Part shown: in pieces, positions 1-7,146 of the stretch
How positions within the stretch are numbered: position 1 is the first letter of the stretch
Layout: every line of letters begins with the position of its first letter
Assembly: GCA_046757025.1 (NCBI GenBank)
Contig: JBHHXN010000155.1
Span: 1-12,303 of the forward strand
Direction of reading: 5' to 3'
DNA: 12,303 bases
Source: a bacterium
GTDB lineage: Bacteria; Zhuqueibacterota; Zhuqueibacteria; Oceanimicrobiales; Oceanimicrobiaceae
Notes under the pieces: model-generated
Database searches by the model: none
What the model saw: only the letters and a program-made list of their open reading frames with translations
What the model was told of the DNA's origin: nothing
Program-made: the position numbers and the translations under genes

Positions 1-2472
1 TTATTGACTGTTTTTTTGCTTAAAGCCGTGCAAGTGGGTTTCGGCCAGCAGCAGAGCCATGGCGATTCACTCAAAATTTTAACCTTCAATGTTTACGGCC
101 GCCCCAACAGCGATTGGCCGTTGCGGCAGACCCTGATTTTAAACGAACTCTCTGCCAATCCGCCGGATTTGATCGGTTTACAGGAAATCATCGAGCCCGG
201 TGGGGCGCACCAGAACCGGGCTGCGGCTCTGGCCGACTCTCTGCTGCGGAGAACGGGCATCCGCTATCAGGTTGCTTATGAACGCACGCATTTCTCCTGG
301 AATCAGTGGTTTGAAGGCATCGCCATTTTGAGCCGGCACATCGTTCTGGAAAACGAAGCGCAGGCATTGCCGCCGGGGCTCTTTCCCCGGGCCGTGATTT
401 ACTGCCGCTTGCTCACCCCGGCTGGAGTGGTGAATTTTTTCAACACCCATCTTTCTTTTGGCAATCAGGAATCGGTGCGCATTTCGCAGGTGGAAGCGCT
501 GCGGGAATATGTGGCGAAAAAAAGCGCCGACCGATTTGTAACCGCCAATTTCATCGGCGGCGATTTTAACGCCATTCCGCATTCAACGCCTATTCTGATG
601 GTAACCGCTCCCGCAAGTGGAACGGCGTTCATCGATTCCTGGATGGCGGCCAACCCGGGCCGCATGGGTTTCACAGTACCCTCAGACAACCCCAACGCCC
701 GCATCGATTATATTTTTTACGCCAAACAAGACCAGGTACAATTAATCCATTCGCACATCGCATTCAACCAAACCAACACCGAAGGGATTTACCCATCGGA
801 TCATCTCGGTGTGCTCAGTACCGTGGTCACCACCCAACGCAAGTTGCCGATTCAGATTCTCTCCCCGGCGGTCGGCGAGGAAGTGGCGGGGGAGGTCTCC
901 ATTTCGTGGACGGTGCAGCCGGCGGTCGAAAATTTACACTTTCGGATTTTTATCAGCGCCGACGCTGGCAAAATCTGGAGGGAAGAATGGTCGGGGAACG
1001 CCGAGAACAACACATACACCTGGAACACGCTGACCTCGGCCGAGGGCGCCAGATACCGAGTGCGCGTGGCGGCCATGGGAGACTCCAGCTTTGGCATGGC
1101 GCAAACCGCGGGTAACTTTGTGGTGAACAATCCCGGCAACGCCCCGCCTGAAATCGAACTTTTACGGCCGCTCGGCGGTGAAAAGCTGCAGGGGGTGCAA
1201 AATCTACTCTGGAACGCGCTGGATGCCGATGGCGATCCCCTCCGCATTACTATCGAAATCAGCAGTAACGGCGGCGTATCGTGGGAAGCGCTGGTCAGCG
1301 ATCTTCCCAATGACGGCGCGTTTGCCTGGGATACCCGACAATCCCCAAATTCGCAATTCTACCTGGTGCGTTTGCGGGCTGCCGACGCCGCCACAGAAAT
1401 CACGGTCACCTCCGAATTGTTTGCAGTGGAGAATGCCCGTACAACTTTGCCCGCCTCGCAGTTTGCCCACACCGAAGGTCGCGGGGATGGCTACATCACC
1501 GGCGCAGTGGTCGATTCCAGCCGGCTTACCGGCCATCTCTACCGAGTCACATTTGACGACACTTTATTCGAACAAACCACCTACGACGTTTTTGACAAAG
1601 AAACGCACAGCTTTGTGGTTCAGCACGCCGGTGAGCTCGACGGCGAGACAGAAGGCCCGAGGTTTGACGGCATGCATCTCATCGTGTTTGATTATTCCGA
1701 GGCCGAAATCAACCAAATGACCACGGGCTGGTCAAAAGGGCCAACGACGCTGGGTTTCGCCATTTCCACGCCCACGGTAATCGTCAACGGTCAGCGCATG
1801 GAAAGTCTCTCCTACCCGGCGGATTACAAGATCACTCTGTTCGATTCCGTGGTGGACTCCACCAGCCACGCCTTTGGATTCGATCCGAAACCCATCAAAT
1901 TCAAAGTATGGAATCTCACTGAAAATAGAAGAACCGAAATCCTGTTCAGCGAATTTGACCACAATCAAACCGTTTCCGACCTGGACAAACTCACCATTCT
2001 GGAGCCGAACGAGCTGGGCGATCTGCAGTTGAGCTGGAACATTTTCTTTCAGGGCGCCAGCAATCACATTCCGCCCGCTGCCGGCGATGAATTTACACTC
2101 ACCACTTTGAAACCGTTCACTCACCGAGATGTGTTCGAATTTCGCGGCGACTTGCCGACTTCTGTTGCCAACACAGATGACATGCCAGCGCCGCAGGAGT
2201 TGACGCTCCACGCCAATTATCCCAATCCCTTCAATCCCACTACCGTCATCAAGTATGACCTACCCCGGGCGCTAAAAGTGAAATTGACCATCTACAACGT
2301 TCTCGGCCAAAAAGTGCGAACGCTTATTGACACTCCGCAGTCAGCCGGTTTTCATCGAGTGGCATGGGCTGGGCAAGATGATGCCGGAATTCCTGTGGCA
2401 AGCGGAATTTATGTTTATCGATTGCAAGCTGAGAAATTCACGCTTGCCAGAAAAATGCTGTTGCTGCGATAA
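1..2472 (+). CDS. Secreted endonuclease/exonuclease/phosphatase (EEP) family protein with tandem Ig-like repeats and T9SS type A / FlgD-like C-terminal sorting domain; probably 5'-partial
   Basis: The frame is open from base 1 (LLTVFLLKAVQVGFG-QQQ looks like the end of a signal peptide), so the real start is probably upstream of the window. EEP motifs occur in order, numbered from the ORF at 4: TFN29V, LQE61, NTH149L, GGD187FN189, RID235YIF, PSD266H267. Two ~95 aa Ig-like repeats (SP..GE....ISW...WNT...YRVRV and PLGGE....LLW...WDT...YLVRL). C-terminus reads LHANYPNPFNPTTVIKY...IYNVLGQKVRTL...VASGIYVYRL...RKMLLLR. Stop TAA at 2470-2472. Confidence 0.9.
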   Translation, partial: LLTVFLLKAVQVGFGQQQSHGDSLKILTFNVYGRPNSDWPLRQTLILNELSANPPDLIGLQEIIEPGGAHQNRAAALADSLLRRTGIRYQVAYERTHFSWNQWFEGIAILSRHIVLENEAQALPPGLFPRAVIYCRLLTPAGVVNFFNTHLSFGNQESVRISQVEALREYVAKKSADRFVTANFIGGDFNAIPHSTPILMVTAPASGTAFIDSWMAANPGRMGFTVPSDNPNARIDYIFYAKQDQVQLIHSHIAFNQTNTEGIYPSDHLGVLSTVVTTQRKLPIQILSPAVGEEVAGEVSISWTVQPAVENLHFRIFISADAGKIWREEWSGNAENNTYTWNTLTSAEGARYRVRVAAMGDSSFGMAQTAGNFVVNNPGNAPPEIELLRPLGGEKLQGVQNLLWNALDADGDPLRITIEISSNGGVSWEALVSDLPNDGAFAWDTRQSPNSQFYLVRLRAADAATEITVTSELFAVENARTTLPASQFAHTEGRGDGYITGAVVDSSRLTGHLYRVTFDDTLFEQTTYDVFDKETHSFVVQHAGELDGETEGPRFDGMHLIVFDYSEAEINQMTTGWSKGPTTLGFAISTPTVIVNGQRMESLSYPADYKITLFDSVVDSTSHAFGFDPKPIKFKVWNLTENRRTEILFSEFDHNQTVSDLDKLTILEPNELGDLQLSWNIFFQGASNHIPPAAGDEFTLTTLKPFTHRDVFEFRGDLPTSVANTDDMPAPQELTLHANYPNPFNPTTVIKYDLPRALKVKLTIYNVLGQKVRTLIDTPQSAGFHRVAWAGQDDAGIPVASGIYVYRLQAEKFTLARKMLLLR

Positions 2473-2527
2473 GTGCGGATATTTTTGTGGTGAGTTTTAT
2501 CAGTCGGTCAAAACTTGCCAGCGTTTT

Positions 2528-2549
2528 CAGATTGAAATGAATCTGTTTT
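2528..2549 (+). terminator. Possible weak intrinsic terminator after the EEP gene
   Basis: CAGATT-gaaatg-AATCTG hairpin followed by TTTT, ~55 nt after the stop codon. The stem is short and AT-rich. Confidence 0.3.
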
Positions 2550-2882
2550 AGAAGTCCCAATTAATGTATCGGGTCATTTTGTAAAAATTCTTTTTGTTTG
2601 GAAATATCATGCTGTGTATTGAAAAGATTTTTCCAAAACAATAGCCCCGTGTTTTTATTTAATAAACTCAAGTTTCTCAGTTGTGTAATCAATTGTTTTT
2701 AATGTGTTTTTTTCAAGCTGAATTCACATAATTCTTTATCATAGTAATCGTTATAACAATTCAAAAATATTAAGATGTAGCCATTTATTTAAAAAGTCCT
2801 TTTAAAATCGACTTTTTGATTTACGATTAAAAAGGCGATTTGCATCAGAACACAAAATTATCAAATGACCACTTTGATTTCA

Positions 2883-2967
2883 ACGCAGAGGCCACCAAGT
2901 GCACAGAGCGTTTCGCAGAGCGATTTATTTTTCTCTGCGCTCCTCTGCGTCCACTCCGCCTTTGCGT
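2883..2967. repeat. Imperfect palindromic repeat built from CGCAGAG / CTCTGCG units
   Basis: Three CRCAGAG units (2884, 2902, 2914) face three CTYTGCG units (2933, 2943, 2960) around an A/T loop. Outer arms ACGCAGAGGC (2883-2892) and GCCTTTGCGT (2958-2967) pair with one G-T. Confidence 0.75.
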
Positions 2968-3063
2968 CAAATGAAATGGTTAGAATGATTGCATAACAAC
3001 CCCATCAACCTAATTTTGGAATAGTCATGTACTCTAATCTCTTTTTTATGAATTACTTAAATA

Positions 3064-3218
3064 GTGTCAGAACGAAAACTCGAAAATTGCACGATTTCTA
3101 AACCTCTTCGCGAAGGCGTCCGTTCGACAAGGTTCAGGGCAGATCCCGCCGAGCCAAGCAGGAATTCACCCTCAGGCAGGAGGCCTTTGGGAAGACAGGG
3201 TCGTTTTCGTTCATTCAC
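3064..3218. mobile_element. MITE-like non-autonomous element 1 (155 bp) carrying an inverted REP-like pair
   Basis: TIRs GTGTCAGAACGAAAAC (3064-3079) and GTTTTCGTTCATTCAC (3203-3218) are 13/16 complementary. Flanked by a perfect direct repeat TAAATA (3058-3063, 3219-3224). GC-rich interior in an AT-rich context. Inverted pair at 3106-3154 / 3171-3194. Confidence 0.7.
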
Positions 3219-3235
3219 TAAATACTTTGTCAGCA

Positions 3236-3270
3236 AGCTCAAGGCCAACGGCTAAAAGCCAACAGTTGAA
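3236..3270. repeat. Degenerate heptamer tandem repeat (5 units, consensus RGCYAAM)
   Basis: AGCTCAA GGCCAAC GGCTAAA AGCCAAC AGTTGAA in exact 7-nt register. Confidence 0.5.
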
Positions 3271-3307
3271 AAGATACAAAATGACAGTGCGTGTTTTTAG
3301 TTAATGA

Positions 3308-3454
3308 GTGTCCATCCGTAAAGAACCTTTTTTTGTCATTCCGGCAATCTTTAAGCGGGAATCCATTGCTCCGTTAGGCATGAGATTCCCGACGAGCTTG
3401 TCCCTGCATGTTGTAAGCAGGGAGCATTCGGGAATGACGATCACGGATGGACAC
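3308..3454. mobile_element. MITE-like non-autonomous element 2 (147 bp) carrying a GTCATTCC...GGAATGAC REP-like pair
   Basis: Perfect 12-bp TIRs GTGTCCATCCGT (3308-3319) and ACGGATGGACAC (3443-3454). Flanking direct repeat TAATGA (3302-3307) / TAATTA (3455-3460), 5/6 identical. Inner palindromes GTCATTCCGGC...GCGGGAATCC (3335-3364) and GATTCCCGA...TCGGGAATGAC (3384-3438). Confidence 0.78.
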
Positions 3455-3557
3455 TAATTAGTGATTGAACTTCTCACACAGGACCTAAGGTTGAAAGCCC
3501 AAAATACCAACAAACATCCATCACCCAATGAAACTTGAATAATCGTTTCATTATACC

Positions 3558-3574
3558 TGTTACAATTTGTCACA
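3558..3574 (+). promoter_or_regulatory. Candidate OmpR-family tandem binding site
   Basis: TGTTACA-att-TGTCACA direct repeat with 10-bp period, just upstream of the predicted promoter of an OmpR-family regulator. Confidence 0.45.
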
Positions 3575-3590
3575 TTCATGAAAAAGACTA

Positions 3591-3619
3591 TTTACTTTTA
3601 TTCCTTATATATGTAAAAT
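3591..3619 (+). promoter_or_regulatory. Predicted sigma70-type promoter of the two-component operon
   Basis: -35 TTTACT (3591-3596), 17-nt spacer, -10 TAAAAT (3614-3619), 42 nt before the ATG at 3662. The AT-rich context raises the chance-match rate. Confidence 0.45.
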
Positions 3620-3661
3620 TGCATTTGCAGCAAGAATTCAACATTCACACAAATCTTTCAC

Positions 3662-4357
3662 ATGAAAAAAAGAATTTTAGTCATCGACGACGATCAAAAA
3701 TTAAACAATCTGTTGAGTGAGTACTTGACTAAATTTGGTTATTCGGTGACAGCGGTCACGCATCCGAACGATGGCTTCCGGCAATTGCGACAGAATCCAC
3801 CGGACCTGATCATTTTAGATGTCATGCTGCCGGACATGGAAGGCTTCGATGTCTGCAAAGAGATTCGTAAGGAGCACACCACGCCCATCATTATGCTGAC
3901 TGCACGCGGCGAGCTCACTGACAAAGTGGTGGGACTGGAATTAGGCGCGGATGATTATCTGCCGAAACCTTTTGAACCGCGGGAGCTGGTGGCCAGAATT
4001 CAGGCGGTGCTGCGCCGGGGAGAAATCGAGATCAAATCGGACCTGAAAAATTTTGGCCAGCTCACCGTCGATTTTCGTAAACACGCAATCAGCATCCAAG
4101 ACGAACCGGTTGAGCTGACCACCGCGGAGTTTGAAATTCTATCGCTGTTCATTAAGAATGCCGGCCGAGTGCTGAACAGAGATTACATTCTTGACCACGT
4201 GCGCGGCATTGAATGGGACGCCTACAACCGCTCGGTGGATGTTTTGATCAGTCGGCTGCGGCAAAAACTAAACGACGATCCCAAACAGCCCCGTTTCATC
4301 AAAACCATCTGGGGATCGGGATACATGTTTATAGGGGACGAAAACGATGAAAACTAA
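3662..4357 (+). CDS. OmpR/PhoB-family DNA-binding response regulator (OmpR/CpxR/RstA-like)
   Basis: Receiver domain: ILVIDDD, DLIILD53VMLP, IIMLTA, GADDYLPKPFEPREL. Winged helix: LTTAEFEIL, RSVDVLISRLRQKL, IKTIWGSGY. 231 aa. Confidence 0.96.
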   Translation: MKKRILVIDDDQKLNNLLSEYLTKFGYSVTAVTHPNDGFRQLRQNPPDLIILDVMLPDMEGFDVCKEIRKEHTTPIIMLTARGELTDKVVGLELGADDYLPKPFEPRELVARIQAVLRRGEIEIKSDLKNFGQLTVDFRKHAISIQDEPVELTTAEFEILSLFIKNAGRVLNRDYILDHVRGIEWDAYNRSVDVLISRLRQKLNDDPKQPRFIKTIWGSGYMFIGDENDEN

Positions 4358-5675
4358 TCTCATTGGAAAATTGAAAAAATCTTTGTTTTTGAAGATTCTG
4401 GCGCTCTTCGTGCTGGCGCATTTTACCATCGTGGCCTTCTCCATCACCACGCACAAAACCCTGCTTCGCAAGGCTCGGCATCCCAGAATTTCACAGTACA
4501 AGATCCATTACGGTTACTACCTGATCAAAGAATTAGGCAGCCCGCCAGACACGCTCAAAGCCAGAGAAATCGCCGCCAGTCATGGCATTCAAATTCGTTT
4601 TGAAAACGCGCAAATGCAGTGGACCAGCCACAAACCCATGCTCGATTTCGACCAACTGAAGCAACCGGCATTGCAAGAAAAGCGCAGAACCCACGCCGGT
4701 TACCAGCGCGGCGCCGGTTTATACGTGGACATTCAACAAGATCAGGGACGATATCTTTTTATCCTGCGTCCGGAAAACGAGATGCTGGAATCCATAGCCA
4801 CTTTAAACAACATTTTAAACATTGCCTTTATGACGCTGGTGATCATCGGCATTTATTTTGCCATGCGCTGGCTTTTGAAGCCCGTCACCACCTTGCACGA
4901 AGGTGTGCAGCAGTTGAGCCGCGGCAATCTCGAGTACGTGGCGCCGGCTAAGCGCTCCGATGAGTTGGGTTTGCTGGTGCAATCGTTCAACCAGATGACT
5001 GCTCGCATCAAAAAGATGATTCAGGCGAAAGAACGCTTGCTGCTGGACGTCAGTCACGAGCTGCGTTCGCCGCTGACGCGTGTCAAAGTGGCGCTTGAGC
5101 TCCTGGAAAACAGTAAGGCCAAACAGAATATCCACAGCGATGTATCGGAAATGGAAACCATGATCACGGAAATTTTAGAATCCCAGCGTTTAAATAGCGA
5201 GTATGGCGGTGTAATGTTGCAACGCACGGATCTTGCCGCCGTGCTGAAAGAAGTCTGCGCTGAATTTCAACAGCAAAAACCGGGGGTAAAATTGCGTGCA
5301 CTCCGAAATGGTGTGCTGCTCGATCTGGATCCGGAAAGAACGCGCATTCTGTTTAAAAACATCATTTCAAACGCCGTGAAATATTCTGCTACGGAGGGAA
5401 AAGCCGTGGAAATTTCGCTGCAAGACCACAACGGAGAAGTGGTGGTGTCGGTGCAGGATTTCGGCGCGGGCATCCCGGAGGAAGATTTGCCGCACATTTT
5501 TGAACCGTTTTATCGTGTGGATAAATCCCGTTCGAAAAGTACCGGCGGTTACGGTCTGGGGATGAATCTCAGCAAAAACATCATGGAAGCCCACGGCGGC
5601 AACATCGAAATAAACTCCAAATTAAAAGTGGGCACCACGGTTTACCTGAAATTCAAAAAATCACGGAATAAATAA
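4347..5675 (+). CDS. HAMP-domain sensor histidine kinase (EnvZ/CpxA/RstB-like)
   Basis: Two TM segments flank a ~120 aa periplasmic region. HAMP (LLKPVTTL...DELGLLVQSFNQM), H-box DVSH237ELRSPLTR, N-box NIISNAVKYS, G1 VQDFGAGI, F-box IFEPFYR, G2 GGYGLG. Overlaps the regulator by 11 nt; GGGGA SD-like sequence upstream. Confidence 0.96.
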   Translation: MKTNLIGKLKKSLFLKILALFVLAHFTIVAFSITTHKTLLRKARHPRISQYKIHYGYYLIKELGSPPDTLKAREIAASHGIQIRFENAQMQWTSHKPMLDFDQLKQPALQEKRRTHAGYQRGAGLYVDIQQDQGRYLFILRPENEMLESIATLNNILNIAFMTLVIIGIYFAMRWLLKPVTTLHEGVQQLSRGNLEYVAPAKRSDELGLLVQSFNQMTARIKKMIQAKERLLLDVSHELRSPLTRVKVALELLENSKAKQNIHSDVSEMETMITEILESQRLNSEYGGVMLQRTDLAAVLKEVCAEFQQQKPGVKLRALRNGVLLDLDPERTRILFKNIISNAVKYSATEGKAVEISLQDHNGEVVVSVQDFGAGIPEEDLPHIFEPFYRVDKSRSKSTGGYGLGMNLSKNIMEAHGGNIEINSKLKVGTTVYLKFKKSRNK

Positions 5676-5711
5676 AACTCACACGAAGTCTAATACGGCA
5701 GGAATCTTTCT

Positions 5712-7067
5712 ATGAAATCAACATACATTTTACTCGTTCTACTCAGCTCTATTTTGATATCAACGGTGTCCACTGTTTCCGGACCGGATCATGAGAAATT
5801 CTGGCCGCAATGGCGCGGACCGCAGGCTAACGGCGTGGCGCCTTACGGCGATCCGCCCATCGAATGGAGCGAAACCAAAAATATCAAATGGAAAATCGAA
5901 CTGCCGGGCGAGGGCTACGCCACGCCCATCGTTTGGGAAGATAAAATCTTCATCCTGTGCGCCGTGGAAACCGACCGCGTTGGCAAGCCCCAAAAGACAC
6001 CATCGGCACCGCAGTCAAATCGTCACGGCCGTAGAGGCGGATGGATGCGCGGCGTACAAACCTCGAATGTGTTGCAGTTCAACATTCTCGCCATCCATCG
6101 CAAGGATGGCAACCTGCTCTGGCAGCGCACGGCACGCGAAGAAGCTCCTCACCAAGGGCGGCATAGCACCGGTTCCTGGGCTTCTAATTCCGGCGCCACC
6201 GATGGCGAGCACGTTTTCGCTTTTTTTGGCTCACACGGACTCTACTGCTATGATATGAAGGGCAACCTGCAGTGGCAGAAAGACTTCGGTGACATGCAGA
6301 TCAAACTGAATTTCGGGGAAGGCAGCTCACCGGTCTTGTACCAAGACAAAATCGTCGTCAACTGGGATCACGAAGGGCAATCGTTCATCGTAGCGCTGGA
6401 TAAAAATAGCGGTCAGGAGCTCTGGCGAAAAGATCGGGACGAAGTCACTTCCTGGTCTACGCCCATCGTAGTGAAGCACAACGGCAAACCGCAAGTCATC
6501 GTCAGCGCCACCGGCCGCGTGCGGAGTTACGATCTGGAGAGCGGCAAATTGCTCTGGGAATGCGGCGGCATGACCCGCAACGTCATTCCATCTCCGGTGC
6601 ATGCAGACGGCATCGTGTATGTCACCAGCGGATTCCGCGGCAGTTCGTTGCTGGCCATCCGTCTCGCCGACGCCAGAGGTGACATCACCGACACCAAAGC
6701 CGTGCTTTGGCAGCATGACCGCGACACGCCCTACACGCCATCCCCCCTGTTGTACCGGAACAGTTTGTATTTTCTAAAATTAAATACCGAAATTCTATCT
6801 TGTTTTAATGCCCGCACCGGCCAAGCTCACTATCGTCAATATCGGTTGGATGGTATAAAGGGCGTTTATGCTTCGCCGGTTGCCGCAAACGACCGGATTT
6901 ATTTTGCCGGCAGAAACGGTACGTCCGTCGTTTTGAAACACGGCCCGCAACCTGAAGTGCTGGCAGTCAACACCCTGCAAGACCATTTCGATGCCTCGCC
7001 GGCCATTGTGGGTAACGAGCTCATTTTAAGGGGTCATAAATTCTTGTATTGTATTGCGTCGCAGTAA
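5712..7067 (+). CDS. Secreted PQQ-binding-like beta-propeller repeat protein (BamB-like fold, WPQWRGP family)
   Basis: N-terminal signal peptide and WPQWRGP motif. Repeated blades such as A(I/L)D..G..LW, GEGSSPVL, WSTPIV, IPSPVH, YTPSPLL, VYASPVA, FDASPAI. Typical end LILRG..FLYCI. GGCAGGA upstream of the start. Confidence 0.9.
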   Translation: MKSTYILLVLLSSILISTVSTVSGPDHEKFWPQWRGPQANGVAPYGDPPIEWSETKNIKWKIELPGEGYATPIVWEDKIFILCAVETDRVGKPQKTPSAPQSNRHGRRGGWMRGVQTSNVLQFNILAIHRKDGNLLWQRTAREEAPHQGRHSTGSWASNSGATDGEHVFAFFGSHGLYCYDMKGNLQWQKDFGDMQIKLNFGEGSSPVLYQDKIVVNWDHEGQSFIVALDKNSGQELWRKDRDEVTSWSTPIVVKHNGKPQVIVSATGRVRSYDLESGKLLWECGGMTRNVIPSPVHADGIVYVTSGFRGSSLLAIRLADARGDITDTKAVLWQHDRDTPYTPSPLLYRNSLYFLKLNTEILSCFNARTGQAHYRQYRLDGIKGVYASPVAANDRIYFAGRNGTSVVLKHGPQPEVLAVNTLQDHFDASPAIVGNELILRGHKFLYCIASQ

Positions 7068-7146
7068 ACTTAAAATGAACGAATTTAGAGACGGCGCAAT
7101 GGACTAAATCATTTATTATCATCAGTAGCCCGAAGGGAGTAAAAAC

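Noticed and set aside
2597..2637. Inverted repeat TTTGGAAATATC / GATTTTTCCAAA (11/12, 17-nt spacer)
   Set aside because: AT-rich context makes chance occurrence plausible, and there is no associated gene start.
2955..2970. GACGCAAAG on the minus strand, resembling a c-di-GMP-I riboswitch segment
   Set aside because: Explained by the CGCAGAG palindrome arm. No GGCAAAC/GNRA P2 stem in the right position.
3057..3255. 63-aa ORFs on both strands (3064..3255 +, 3057..3248 -)
   Set aside because: They coincide with the GC-rich palindromic element 1, lack an RBS and show no recognisable protein motif.
2991..3379. Integron attC-like cores GCATAAC (2991) and GTTAGGC (3373)
   Set aside because: About 380 bp apart, imperfectly complementary, with no L boxes or cassette ORF. 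The second lies inside MITE-like element 2.
5712..7067. Calling the propeller bamB or a PQQ-dependent dehydrogenase
   Set aside because: No lipobox cysteine or bam/der gene context, and no adjacent Cys-Cys motif or length typical of quinoprotein alcohol dehydrogenases. Only the fold is supported.
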